64,000 nt of DNA from Octopus vulgaris (GCA_951406725.2 OX597822.1:93434001-93498000), one strand, 5' to 3'; counted from the first letter of the stretch, positions 42,076 through 55,540 are shown. Numbers and translations are program-made. Notes: generated from the letters alone by a model not told the origin.

Positions 42076-42144
42076 AAAGAAACATATTAAGACGCTTATA
42101 TCAGAAATTTTGAAAATTAAATGTGTCTATTTACTTCCTGCTTG

Positions 42145-42213
<69 letters not shown>

Positions 42214-42263
42214 TATGTGTATATACATTATTTACAAATTTTGCGAGATGTGAAGTATATAAT

Positions 42264-42797
42264 TTTGGGGGTTGTCCGAAAAGTTCGTGCCGATTTATAT
42301 GGTAGCTTACCTTTCGACTTATTTTAGAACATTGTTGAATCCATAAAATAGGATTTGACTACACCTCCATTTAGAGCACAGTTTAAGCTATCTTTTTGTG
42401 GAAGAAGGTTTATGTTCTTATAACCTGTGTTAATTCTGTAACCCTTTAAAATGGAAGATAAGAAAGTTCACTTTAGGCACTTGATGCTTTGGCAACCAGA
42501 CAAAAATTGCTGCAGCTTGGCTGGGATGTGTTACCCCACCATCCATATTCACCAGATATTGCTCCTTCGGATGTCCACTAATTCAGATCTCTGCAGAATA
42601 GTCTTAATGGTAAAAACTTCAATTCCTTGGATGACGTAAAAAGATACCTTGATGAATTCTTTGCCATGAAACCACCTGACTTCTGGGAAGAGGGTAATTT
42701 CAAGTTAAAAGAAATATGGAGATGCATTGTGCAACAAAATGGTTCATATTTGGTTGATTAAAAATGTAATGGCACGAACTTTCCGGACAACCCAATA
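42264..42797 (+). mobile_element. Internally deleted mariner element
   Basis: TIRs gggttgtccgaaaagttcgtgcc / ggcacgaactttccggacaacccaata. MEDKKVHFRHLML is fused to LGWDVLPHHPYSPDIAPSD..FRSLQNSLNG...GSY. Confidence 0.95.
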
Positions 42798-44215
42798 GAT
42801 AAATAATGTATTGAATATTGGGTTAAAAAACTCTTGGGTGGTAAGAAGTTGAAGGCTGCCCGCTGGACTTGGATCTACATTTAACGTCTGTCATGTGTAT
42901 AGAAAAGCACACTACTGCATTTACTAATCCCCAAACCTCAGAAACAGCGGTAAAGAATTTCCTGGATTCTCGGTTGGGGCCTGCGAAACTTGAGCCGAAT
43001 CAAGCTGTTTTAAATAACATATGCAAATCCTACTAAATGTGTTGAGCGCTCTTTTTTTTTGTGTCTACTCGTACACACACATACAAACACACACGCACAC
43101 ACACACACATACACACACAAGTATTACCGTTACATCTAAAATCAGAATATTTTTAGATGTAGTAAAGTTGTTTTATACAGATGTTATTTCACAGAGCGTG
43201 GTGTAACCTGGTCAAATTCACTAAAATTTCAGGACTACTTCTATATTGCAGACAAAGGAGCCAGGGTGGCGCATATAATCTTTTTAACTCTAGTAAAAGA
43301 CTAGTTTTTCAATTAAATATTTTATGTATCTACTCAATAAAAAAAAAGGAAACTATCCTACATGTGTAAATTAGTTGAATTTTATCAGATGCGAGAGTTT
43401 CTAAGTTTCGAGATACACATTCCCTCAGAATTTAAAATAAAATCTAAACCAAACCCATGAAATTTTGGACGGCTCTTGGGTTATAAGATTGAGTTAGTAG
43501 CCCGTTAGCATGCAACAACAAAACGAAAGAATACTTTAAAAAATAAAATTTTAAAAATGTCAGAAAGGTCTTCAAGTAACATTTATTCAAGCAGATAATC
43601 ATCAGAAATAAATCATATGATATATTTTAACGGAATGTTGGTAACTCCCTAGTCGTCAAGATAACCTCAACGGTTTACTTGCAGTAGTTACTTATACAGT
43701 AGAAAAAAAATATGAAAATGAAAAGAAAAAGTTTAATAAATGTCTTGAGTTACATGGTAAAACAGCATTACGTAGTGGAAGTTACACTATGAAACAAACT
43801 GAATAACAGCTGGAGTTACTTGTTTAAAAAACAATATTGATACATGATTGGTATTTATGCGATAACAAATCTCTGCAGGACTCTCTCTCTCTCTCTCTCA
43901 CACACACACTCATACATACACACACAGGAACGCACGTACACACGCACCATGCATACACAAACACACATAAACACACGCACGTATCATTTATCTTTTTTAC
44001 TTATTTCAGTCATTGGGCTGGGGCACCGTTTAGTCGAACGGATCGATCCCAGTACTTGTCTTATTTTTAACCCAGATATTCAGATATTTACTCTATCGGT
44101 GCCTTTTGCCGAATCGCTAAGTTACTGGGGCCTGGGGGGGGGTCTAAAACGCCAACATTGGTTATAAAGCGGTGGTGAGGAATAACTTGTGTGCGTATGT
44201 GTATGTGTCTATGTG

Positions 44216-44247
<32 letters not shown>

Positions 44248-44254
<7 letters not shown>

Positions 44255-45079
44255 GCAAGATTTTTTATGTGAAGTCGTGTGTAGGGGAAACAGCAAGAAG
44301 CATAGGAGAGCGGGTAAATGGACATTGGAGACAACTCAAGGAAGGTAAAAGCTCGTCGATTCTGTACCAACACGCCGAACAGGAACACGGGGGATCAATC
44401 AACAACATAGAAATTAAAATATTGTCCACGCATAGAACAGATGCAACAATCAGACAAATTACAGAAGCTACACACATAATAGAAAATAAACCTAGCCTGA
44501 ATAGAAAACTAGAATGGAACAATAGCACACACCACAACATATGACGGTAGAGGATCCCGAAAACATACACAGATAAATAAACAAATAGAAATAAATAACT
44601 ATATATTTTTATTTATTTATTATTATTACTACTAGTATTGTTGTTATACATACATACATACATACAAGCATATGTAATGATAATAATAAAGGGATGTAAA
44701 CACATGAACAAAATAAGAATAAACAAAAACAACAACAAAAACAAATTACATGAACGTATATAAACAGAAGATACAAATATTACAGGCATCCCCCCACATA
44801 CACTAAATAAACATAGACCCACATAGAGATATAAGCATGCGCAAATGAAGACATACAATAGAAATACAAAATGACTGACGGTTAGTAAGGAGAGACACAA
44901 ATAAGAAAGAAGAAAACAAAGGACCACTGATGCGGTCACAGGAGTGTGACGAAAGAACTCTGGCCGAAATAAGATTAAGATTAATGTAAAAAATTAATAG
45001 CACTGAAGCAAAGTAACACCAAATATATAGTGCGTGTGATTTTATTGGCTAAACTGGCAAAATGACCATTCCGAAATAT

Positions 45080-45085
<6 letters not shown>
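44248..45085 (+). mobile_element. Penelope-like element 3' part: GIY-YIG endonuclease fragment plus pLTR
   Basis: VGETARSIGERVNGH...LYQH...H...IKIL......R.ITEA.HI...KPSLN is the PLE GIY-YIG signature. A hammerhead-like motif lies about 380 bp downstream. Confidence 0.9.
44922..44965 (+). ncRNA. Hammerhead-like motif with A9 to C change
   Basis: CCA-CUGAUGC-g-GUCACA-ggag-UGUGAC-GAA-AGAACU-C-UGG. Confidence 0.65.
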
Positions 45086-45142
<57 letters not shown>

Positions 45143-45192
45143 GTATGAATGTATATATGATATAATTTTGTTTGTATATGTATATATATATA

Positions 45193-45394
45193 TTTTCCTT
45201 TATTCTTTTACTTGTTTAAGTCATTTGACTGGGGCCATGCTGGCGCACCGCCTTTACTCGAACAAATCGACCCCAAGGACTTATTCTTTGTAAGCCTAGT
45301 ACTTATTCTATCGGTCGCTTTTGCCGAACCACTAGGTTAAATATATCAATATTCGTTGTCAAGCGATGGTGGGGGAACAAACATAGACACACAA

Positions 45395-45476
<82 letters not shown>

Positions 45477-45616
45477 GACAGGCTTCTTTCAGTTTCTGCC
45501 AACCAAATTCACTCACAAGGCTTTGGTCGGCCCGAGGCTACAGTAAAAGACACTTGCCCAAGATGCCCTGCAGTAGGACAGAATCAAGAACCATGTAGTT
45601 CAGAAGCAAGCTTCTT
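45193..45616 (-). mobile_element. Family A SINE interrupted in its tRNA-like head; remainder at 47159-47193
   Basis: The SINE stops at gaagcaagcttctt and resumes at gaagctagcttcttaccatacagccactcctg. Confidence 0.9.
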
Positions 45617-47158
45617 TATTTAATTAAATTGGCCATATAGGCCTTACAAAGAGAAGCTTGTGGGCTGGACATGGACAAGATGAGATGAAATGAAACAAAA
45701 TGATACGGAAGAGAGGGATGTCGGCGCCCACCGACCAACAAACCCTCGAATACAAAGTTTCTTACAACAATTCTCTTTGTCAAGTCTCCCAAGCCAAGTG
45801 ACTTGCCGCCTGCACACAACTCTGCATCGACAAGTCGGGGCCTGCAAAGAGGAAAGCAAATTCTTCCTTATGAAAAGTCGCTGTGACCTTTGACAGAATT
45901 TTTTCAGTTACTACCTCCGCAGCCACCTGCGGAGGCCATATCGGAGTACTTGAGCAGACCGAGTACACACGTTCTCGGTCACCCAAGCCGTCCAAAAATT
46001 TACTTACTGTCCCTCCGTCGTGGTAAAGGAAGACAAACACCTCCTCTACACAGGAAGGGACCACACACTGCTCAGTCAGTGGCACACTTCCCACTGACGG
46101 AACCCTATCCGCAGGTGGCACACATCCCACCTGCGGCTCCCTCAAGTATCACCGGGTACCTGTACCCGGCCATTTTTAGGAAATCCGGAAGCATCATGTC
46201 TCCCACGGCCACCGGGGTCCACAGGGTCAAATTTGCCTTTGACCCCTCCCAGTCGACCGCGGGAGTAATCTTCACACTCAATAGCCTGGGCCCGCTATCC
46301 CGCCTCCGTGCCCGGGGGCATCCCGCACACCCAGGCTCTTCTTATCTTCCTCCCACAATAAGTGGGGAGGAACAAAATTTCTTCTCCCTCAAGGGGCTCG
46401 CTGGCAAATCTGCCAGCTTCCTCGGGGGTACCAAACAGCAACCACACCGTTGCAAATTTGGTCCCCCGTGAAATATACTTTATAGTTGGCAGGTAGTCTG
46501 CCAACTCTTTCTCTATTACGCTCTTGTCAAAGAGGGCGATGGCACCACACGACCTAGAATAGGTCCGTAGTACCACCGTCCTCTTCTCAAGATCTTTAAT
46601 CCACTGTTTGGGTGAGACCACCTCCCACTCCAAAGCAGCGGCACCGTTTATTTTTGTCATATGCAAAAGAAAGTCTTAATAGTTCCAAAAAAAAAGTCCA
46701 AAGGTCAAGAGAATGTAAAAAAGGTACACAAAAAAGACAAAAAAACAAAGTAAGTCCAAAAATTAATTAGCTGTTCAAAAGGAAAGAAAAAATGTGTATA
46801 GGTTCCTTGGTATAAATCTTTTTTGTTGTCCGGTAATTCAAACACAATACAGCCAACGGTAACTGCAACAGCAACAGGTTCTATTCGGGCGAGGATACGC
46901 CCCACCAAAAATGAATTCAATCAATTCTCAATACACAAAAACAGCAGCCGCCAAGAGCAGGCGAAATTGTCCCAGAGCTGGGCACAATTTACTGAAAAAA
47001 TAATTCGCATGCAATAAATTATGCCCAGCTCACAACAAACAAAATCACCTACCTCGACAACATTCTCTGTTTTTGTTCTTTTTTTCTTTTTAGGACGGAG
47101 CTCAAAGCTCACGTCCTCATCGTTCAGTGTCAAGAAGTCAACTCCACGACCGGAATCG
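45617..47158 (-). mobile_element. Rearranged/deleted L1/Tx1-like LINE insertion, 1.54 kb, 14-bp TSD
   Basis: TSD gaagc(a/t)agcttctt. ORF1-like frames 46666-46110 (KRTVVLRTYS...YISRGTKFAT...YRYPVILEG..C..CG). Clade assignment is inference. Confidence 0.6.
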
Positions 47159-47194
47159 GAAGCTAGCTTCTTACCATACAGCCACTCCTGCGCA

Positions 47195-47252
<58 letters not shown>

Positions 47253-47834
47253 TGTGTATGTATGTATATGTGAGAACAGCTTTTCCTTTTAAAGCATTGA
47301 AAAGCACAACTGTTTTAATCTTTTCTTTTATTAGTTTTCTTCTACTTGCATTTTTGCGTATCAAGCCCTAATAATTCGTTCGGAATAACAAAACCCTCGA
47401 ATTAATCTTTATCAGTATTTGCCGGCTTTCTTAGTCGTATCTTCAGAATGTGGAGTTGTATTGTCTCCTCTGCTGTCCTTTTCATAGTTGAGCGGTTTAT
47501 GTTTATACAAATTTCCCCATCAGAATTTAACCGTTAGAGCGTTAAAGCGTCATCAACTTCGTAATTTGTGACGTGCGTATATTTTATGTTAATTGTAAGT
47601 TTTGTGTTGGCTGCAATTAGTATTACTTTCACTGTTAATCGTTTATTTCTCTTGGGAATTCTTGCCAATGCATCAGTTAGAAACAAGAAGTTTGCAACTT
47701 CCATTTTTACTGTTAAATTCATAAATTAGATTAGTCATTCGTAGCTGTTTCTTGGGCTTACATCGTTGCAGTGTGTTAAATTGTTGCTTTTGTTTTTAAC
47801 TATTGTTTTTATAACATATTATTAGTGTTAGTGA

Positions 47835-48035
47835 GGCAACGAGATGGCAGAATCGTAAGCACGCTGCACGAAATGCTTAGCGGCATTTCATCCGTCTTGT
47901 TCTGAGCTCAAATTCCGCCGAAATTAACATCCTTTCGGGATCGATAAAATAAATACCAACTGAGTATTTGAGTCGATATAATCGACTTACCCCTCTCCCG
48001 AAATTGCTAACCTTGTGCCAAAATTTGAAACCAAT
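47835..48035 (+). mobile_element. Family B SINE
   Basis: ggcagaatcg...catcctttcggga tcgataaaat...ccttgtgccaaaatttgaaacc. Confidence 0.8.
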
Positions 48036-48385
48036 ATATTATTAACGTTAGTTAATGGTCTGGTGTGATGTACTTTGTGCTTCGTTTATGAAATGTTTCA
48101 TAATTTCTACAACCTGGCCTACATTTAATTTGTGTATCACACACTCTGTGTGTAACACGTCTATTTTTAGTAGCAGTAGTGTTCAATGTACTCGTTGAAT
48201 AGTATTTCCGTATATATACTTCAGTAGCTTGGTTTACTGGTATGTTGCAATATCCGTTCTAAGTTAGTATTTGTTTATTTTGTGAATTTCTTTGCTTTCT
48301 TCAATGGATTTATGTATACGCGTGTATGTATACATATACAAACATGCCAGCATATACAAAAATGATGACGATGATTTAATATATA

Positions 48386-49585
48386 TCTATATCTATAAAA
48401 TTCAGTGTGTGTGTGAGTGTGTTTCCTCTATGCACGGCCAAACCAATGGATCAATCTGTACCAAATTTGGCATGAAGGTTTTTCATTATTCGGGGAAGGT
48501 TCTAGCGGGGTCAAATTTTGGCCCTTGCCCATATAGGGAGCTATAGCTCCCCGCCCATATGACCCTTCCGACTTTTTTTCAGCGGTATAATACCAAATTT
48601 GGCATGAAGGTTTTTCATTACTCGAGGAAAGTTCTATGGGGGAGGGGTCAAATTTTGTCCCATGCCCATATGAGGGGCTTTAGACCCCTATACGATCCTT
48701 CCGATTTTTTCAGCGGTATATTGTTTCACTTTTATTCTTTCACTTTTCATAAGACTATAATATTGTTTCACTTTTATTCTTTCACTTTGATAAGACTATG
48801 ATATTGTTTCACGTTTATTGAGACTTCCCCAAGATCAGCAAACGCATGCTGCAGCATGTCAAATAGAGTCTCAAGACAAGCGAGATGACACTTTCTCAAG
48901 ATCAGCAAACGCATGCTGTAGCACGCCAGATGGAATCTCAATACAGAAGGGAGATGTGACTTTCCCAAAACTTCCAAATGAAGCGAATGGTATGTGCTGC
49001 TCAGGCGGTACGGTAAAGTTGCCGGCACTACCGGCTCCTCCTCAACCTCTTATAGTACTTTCATCTAGTCAAAGGATTTTCTGAATAATATCAGACAACT
49101 CTGCAATTCAAATGACATTGTTTGGTGCATCTAAGGAAATAGTTGAACATGGATTTATGCCAACGTTCAAAGTTCAAGGGCAAATCTATCACCTCATTGC
49201 TTCCCTGTTACTCACAAATGAACAACTTCCTCCAAATTTACTTCGTGAGTGATGTAGGACAACAAACCCGAAGGTGTCAAAACTTCAGACGATGGGTCGT
49301 GTTAGATGCAGCGCCAACTGCCGCAAAGGAGAGTATATCTACTGACAGCTTTTCAGTGCGTTAAAAAATCACATACCCACCACCCACAATTTCCATGACA
49401 GGTTAGGGCCTGGAATACACAGACAGAGGCATGACATATCGCTTAGTCGAATTAACTCATCATTTACTCACAAATGTTTTGTCGTCATTGCTACACTCTT
49501 CCGTACCACCTGTTTCAACATAGCAGTAATATATATACAGACTATGCCTTTTTTAATTCTAAGCAACGCCGGTTATCTCTGCTAG
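48386..49585 (+). mobile_element. Non-autonomous Helitron with both ends
   Basis: 5' A|TCtatatctataaaa and 3' gcaacgccggttatctctgCTAG|T. Internal RepHel N-terminal remnants (MCCSGG.VKLP, GFMPTFKVQGQIYH, FLQIYF) and internal tandem duplications. Confidence 0.85.
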
Positions 49586-49889
49586 TATATATGAATATAA
49601 GAGAGGGTACAGAAACGTTCCTGGATTTAAGGGTATTGCAAAAGGCCTGGTTGGAGGCCCAAATGTTCGAGTTCTTTCTGTGTTCTTTATGTATGTCATT
49701 GTTCAGTTTTATTTCAAGATTTCATGCCGATAGAGAAAGAGGCGATTCCTAACTTAGATTCAAAGCTCCTTCAGTGGAATTTCAACATGAACAAGGCATT
49801 TTTGTTTGTATGTTTGTATGTATGTATGTATGTATGTATGTATGTATGTATGTATGTATGTACGTATGGATGTATGTATGTATGAATGT

Positions 49890-50689
49890 ATGTGTCTATA
49901 TGTGCAGATTTGTATGTTTTGCTTTATGTATGTATTCTAATGCATATAGATGCGTATCTAGACATGCTCATATATATTTAAATGCTAAACGTCTGAAAGT
50001 TTTACAGATTTTTCAGTTCCTGCGATAGATCTATAGTCTTCGAATTAGCTTTCTCTTTTCTGATTTTGAGAAGCCTAATTTCTCAAGATTGGTATTTTGG
50101 CAGTGTGCTACATATCCCAGAGCTCCAATAATTACAGATATAAACCTGAACTTATAATCTGGATAGAGTAACTGCAGATTTCTCAAGAGTTCAGTGTAGG
50201 TGTTCTCTTTTTCACTGATCTTCAGCTTTATCTAACATCCGTTGGGCAGTTAATTTCCACAACTATACACAGTTTCTCTTCTCAATCCCAAATCATTATA
50301 TCAGGTCTGTTGTGCTTACATTTTATTGAGGTGTTCACTGGGACATTCCACCAGTAATCCTTTTTATTATGAGTGGCTATGGCTTCTGCCATACTGTGGG
50401 TTCATACTGACGGATTTCATTATAGAGTGTCCTAGCCGCAACGTCATGTCTCATCGGGAGATAATGCCGTGATGACATTTTCGGACAACTGCTTATGATG
50501 TGGGTGATATCTTCGGTGTTAACTCCTCAAAGTATGCATCGGTTGTTACATTTTACTGTTTTTCCTGCATCTCTATCCCTTTTGTGCATCAGGTATTTGG
50601 TTGATATTTCCTGTTCCTGCATTGCAAACGCATACCCTTCAAAGTGGGAGGTAATAATCCGGCTATTGGTCTCTGATAAACTGCTTTCA
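49890..50689 (-). mobile_element. R4/Dong-like LINE 3' fragment with restriction-like endonuclease
   Basis: Minus strand: AMQEQEISTKY..C...C....EDITHIISSC...RHD...WWNVP...KHNRPDIMIWD...C.VVE..CP (CCHC zinc finger, RHD, PD-D/E motifs). (CATA)n at both ends. Confidence 0.85.
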
Positions 50690-50869
50690 TGTATGTATGT
50701 GTCTCCTTAAAATGGGAAGAAAGGCGGCCAATTCAACCTGGTGAGCCAGCTATAAGGATAAGCGCTTTATGGATGCGAAACCTTTGGTCACTCTATGACC
50801 GACTATATAATTTACTTCCTCTGTGTGTGTGTGTGGAGAGAGAGGAGAGGGGGGAGAGGAAGGAGAGAG

Positions 50870-51013
50870 ACGACGGGTTTCTTTCAGCTTCCGTTTAATA
50901 AATCCATTCACAAGGCTTTGGTCGACACTTAACCAAGGTGCCACACCAAGAGACTGAACCCAGAATCATGCGTTTGGGAAGCAAATTTCTCGCCACATAG
51001 TCACGCCTGTGCC
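50870..51013 (-). mobile_element. Family A SINE 5' half
   Basis: cgacgggtttctttcagcttccg...ccaaggtgccac...gactgaaccc. Confidence 0.75.
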
Positions 51014-51464
51014 AAATAGTAATTTATTCTAGTCTCTTTCATGTGTGGAATATTTCAACCTGTAATTATTTGCTGAATGTGTTTATCTGTCAAGACTCTT
51101 TAACACGAGGAACCTTCATTTGCCGAGACGAAGATTTCTTCATAGTAACTTGCAATGAACTATATCGCTTTTGTCATTAGCTGTTAAAAAAACGTGGATT
51201 TCATCTCTCTGTCACCTGTCTTTTACCAAAAAATATTTTTCATATGCTTTATTTATTTTTTTTTTTTTCGAACTCATCATCACCACTTCAAACCCCGTCC
51301 CACCCAGCACATCATGCCGAACCCATTTTGACACTCCTTTTAACCCACTCCCCCACACATGAACACGCACATAAACACACAAACACACGCACGCACACGC
51401 ACGCACACACACACACACACACACACACGCGCAGGCACGCACTTATGCACGCTTTCTCTCTTTC

Positions 51465-51499
<35 letters not shown>

Positions 51500-51868
51500 C
51501 TCTATCACTCTCTCGCTCGGTTGCTTATCCACACACTATACAAGCTATGCGTAATTTTTCTCCTCAAAAACATTCTCTTTAGAACCGATTTCCTCCCCAT
51601 ATGGTTCAACTAATTATTAACCATCAACAGTTCAAAAGAAAACATTAACGTCACCAAATTTCGTCCGCCCTTTTTTTACGCTTCTTCTCATTCCAGACGG
51701 CTATTTAAGGCCGAACGACTCAATCATTCTTTTTTTCGTTGAAACAACAAGAAAACGTTCAGGCAGTTAATATATAGAACCTTTTTATTTTATTTTAAAC
51801 TGAGTGTTTATTTGAGGCATTGTATACGTAACTACATCATGGTGTACGTACAGCAACCTACCTACCTA

Positions 51869-51943
<75 letters not shown>

Positions 51944-51944
51944 G

Positions 51945-52263
51945 TTATTTTTTTTATTTATGCGCCCTTTTCAAGCCCAGCCAGGCTCATGGGCCCGGTT
52001 TCCCGGTTTCTGTGGCGTATGTGTTTCCACAGCTGGACGAGATGCCAGTCCATCGCAGCGTTACTCAAGAAACAGGAAGAAAGAATGAGAGAAAGTTGGG
52101 GTGAAAGAGTACAACAGGGGTCGCCACCATCCCTTCCTGGAGCCCCGTGGAGCTTTTAGGTGTTTTCGTTCAATAAACATACACAACGCCCGGTCTGGGA
52201 ATCGAAACCGCGATCCTCCGACCGTGAGTCCGCTGCCCTAACCACTGGCCATTGCGCCTCCAC
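51945..52263 (-). mobile_element. Family C SINE with alternative tail (type 2)
   Basis: Same head as 22037, but continues gagtaacgctgcgatggactggcatctcgtccag...gggcgcataaataaaaaa. Confidence 0.85.
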
Positions 52264-52301
52264 ACGTATATATGTGTATATCTATTATATGTAAGGATGT
52301 G

Positions 52302-52962
52302 CGAGGTGGTATCAAAAGTTCCCGGACAAGTCATGTTTAATAAAAAAACAACTTATTTACCAAAGTTTTAACATCATCTCCTTTGTAACAGTCACCTTGC
52401 ACAGCAATACACCCGTCCCTGCGTTCCTGCCACTTTTGGAATCCGGCCTGGAAGTGGTTTACCGTAAGCAAGTCGAGGACCTTCTGCGATTGAATCTGGA
52501 TCTCGAAAACGGTGTTGAAACGGCGACCTTTGAGCTGCCTTTCCATCTCGGGGAAGAGATGGAAGTCCGTAGGTGCTAAAGATGGCGAATAGGGTGGGTG
52601 CAGAAGCGATATCGTGTTATTTTTGACGAGAAAATCCAATACTTCACGCTCCACATCCGGTCGCTTTTGCCTCGTTGCCCTGAGCTTGCCGAAGCATGCT
52701 CAATGTCTCTGTAGCAGACTTCCCAAGTTTAACGCAATATTTCACGTTGGCTCTTTGTTTCTGCCCATGACACAATCGCAAACTACTGTATACATGTGAT
52801 CACAAAAATGCAAATTTCACAGCTTACGAAGTGAACACAGTGATGTTACTTGGCACACTACCGCATGAAGGGCACTGCTAGCTCTCACTGCGCGTACACC
52901 TATGTGCTGCCATCTGTTGACACACCACAGAAATAGTCTGGGAACTTTATGATTCTATCTCC
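52302..52962 (-). mobile_element. Internally deleted mariner element
   Basis: TIRs cgaggtggtatcaaaagttcccggac / gtctgggaactttatgattctatctc. HPPYSPSLAPTDFHLFP...LKGRRF...WQER...CI..QGD. Confidence 0.9.
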
Positions 52963-53109
52963 CATATTGGATTGGCTGAAAAGTCCGTTCGATTCTTGTT
53001 GACACTGAAATTAAAGCACGCTAACAAGTTGCTAGCTTGAGCCTGTCCTTTGCGAAAGCTCACTCGTTAGGTACTTTATTATTCAACATGATTAAAAGTA
53101 CGACCTAAA

Positions 53110-53385
53110 CGAGGGGGTGCCCAAAAGATGTCGGAATTTTGCAATATTATTATATTCACTTCTTTCTGTATACTCTTTTACTTGTTTTAGTCATTTGACT
53201 GCGGTCATGCTGGAGCACCGCCTTTAGTCGAGCAAATCGACCCCGGGACTTATTCTTTGTAAGCCCAGTACTTATTCTATCGGTCTCTTTTGCCGAACCG
53301 CTAAGTGACGGGGACGTAAACACACCAACATCGGTTGTCAAGCAATGCTAGGGGGACAAACACAGACACACAAACATATACACAC

Positions 53386-53426
<41 letters not shown>

Positions 53427-53852
53427 TACGACAGGCTTCTTTCAGTTTCCGTCTACCAAATCCACTCACAAGGCATTGGTCGGCCCGAGGCTATAGCAGA
53501 AGACACTTGCCCAAGATGCCACGCATCCGGAACCCGGAACCATGTGGTTGGTAAGCAAGCTACTTACCACACAGCCACTCCATGTTTACACTTTATCGCC
53601 TTCAAAGGATTCTTCATTTGAAGCAATGCATCGGTCCAGATGCGTTTTCCACTATTCGATGCAGCCCTTTGAACTCTTGCGTCTTTTTTTTAAGCATCTC
53701 TGTCTTTTTTTTCTTCACCTCTTCCACATCTGCAAAATGTTTTCCTTTAAGGACCTTTTTCATTCGGGGTAAAAGAAAAAGTCGCGGGGAGTAAGATCAG
53801 CGAATACGGAGAGTAGGTAAATGAAGTCATGCTATTTTTTGCAAAAACTATC
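53110..53852 (-). mobile_element. Mariner transposase C-terminal remnant interrupted by a SINE
   Basis: Frameshifted PYS.DL...DFF....K..LKGKHFADVEEVK...W...LDRCIASN...FEGD; TIR-like cgagggggtgcccaaaag at 53110. Confidence 0.7.
53170..53581 (-). mobile_element. Family A SINE (young subfamily)
   Basis: Near full-length copy. Confidence 0.9.
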
Positions 53853-54804
53853 TCATAAAGTTCAATTATCGCTTTCATACATTCGTAGTAATCATTAGAT
53901 TTCAAAATGTATTTAACTGACAGTTGAGTTCTTAACAACTGTAGTAAAATAACTGACTTCTTCCCTCTTTATACCTCTTAGAAAGCTCCTACAAGCTGAA
54001 TTTTTGGAATACGGTTTTGACCAATCCTCATGCATCTTAAACGACACGGTTTACCGGGCGTATTGATATTACTGGCATAGATCCATTAGAACAAACAATG
54101 GATAGATGTTCGCAAATGCAGATATGAACTGCAAAAGCAGAAATTTCTTCTACTGCATTAAATGCCCTAATTGCGAGTAAATATATATTGGCGAGGCAGA
54201 GAATGCATTATCGGAACACTGACAAGTCCACAGAAAACAAATCCAGAGCACTAACAAAACAAATCCAGAGTGAATATACAGAAACATGTGGTCAGAAAAT
54301 GTTTCTAATTTTTCCTTTCTACAAACTACATGATACAAGTGAGGTTGGAAGAAAGATATAAGAAAAACGTTTTATCAAAATGTTGAAACCTGTTCTGAAC
54401 GAAAATAACAACAATAATATAACAGCCAGTGGATTAAAACATATCTTTAACATTATGAAGATAAACAAATTACAGAAGCCTCCCACCAATTGAAATAAAA
54501 ACGATTGAAACCAAGTAAGTTTGCTCACTCATAAAACCATTACATGTAAACCGCAGGCCAAATGGTTATAATAAAGGCGGCATCTATGCCAGTAATATCA
54601 GTAGGCCCGGGTAACCGTGACGTTTAAGAAGCATGCGGATTGGTCAAAACCGTATTCCTAAAATTCAGCTTATTGGAGTCTCCTAAGAGGTATAAAAAGT
54701 AAAAGAGTCAGTCATTTTACTGTCAAAACTCAACTGTCAGCTGAATACATTTTGAAATTTGATGATTACTACGAACATATGAAAGCGCTAATTGAACTTC
54801 ATGA
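53853..54804. mobile_element. Foldback/MITE-like element with about 230-bp inverted repeats
   Basis: 53853-54082 is the degenerate reverse complement of 54582-54804 (e.g. aatacggttttgaccaatcc / ggattggtcaaaaccgtatt). Confidence 0.8.
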
Positions 54805-55126
54805 ATATTGCAAAGCATTTTTTTCATGTTTAACACACTTCAACACTGTAAAACTGTTTCTTTTTAATACAATAAGAAACGTGAAAACCAGACTATGTTT
54901 TAAATGTATTAAAGTAATATATTATCCTTTACACACACAAATTTGGAATGTGTGTGTGTGTATGTATATATATACACACACATAATACATACATACATAC
55001 ATACGTACATACATAATACTCACATATATAAGCATATATATATATATATGTACACATACATATATATACATACTCACATATGTAAGTATATATATACATA
55101 TATATGCATAAGTATACATATATATG

Positions 55127-55267
55127 TGAGTGGCTGTGTGGTAAGTAGCTTGCTAACCAACCTCATGGTTCCGGGTTCAGTCCCACTGCGTGGCATCTTG
55201 GGCAAGTTTCTTCTGCTATAGCCCCGGGCCGACCAATGTCTTGTGAAAGAAGCCTGTCGTATATATG

Positions 55268-55318
<51 letters not shown>

Positions 55319-55539
55319 ATGTGTGTGTGTGTCTGTGTTTGTCCCCCTAGCATTGCTTGACAACCGATGCTGGTGTGTTTACGTCCCCGTCACTTAGCGG
55401 TTCGGCAAAAGAGACCGATAGAATAAGTACTGGGTTTACAAAGAATAAGTCTCGGGGTCGATTTGCTCGACTAAAAGGCGGTGCTCCAGCATGGCCGCAG
55501 TCAAATGACTGAAACAAGTAAAAGAGTAAAAGAGAAAGA

Positions 55540-55540
<1 letters not shown>
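55127..55540 (+). mobile_element. Family A SINE (young subfamily)
   Basis: gagtggctgtgtggtaagtagc...aaacaagtaaaagagtaaaagag. Confidence 0.9.

Noticed and set aside
42451-42760. Domesticated or active mariner transposase
   Set aside because: Large internal deletion and an in-frame stop; non-autonomous derivative only. The same applies to 52337-52654.
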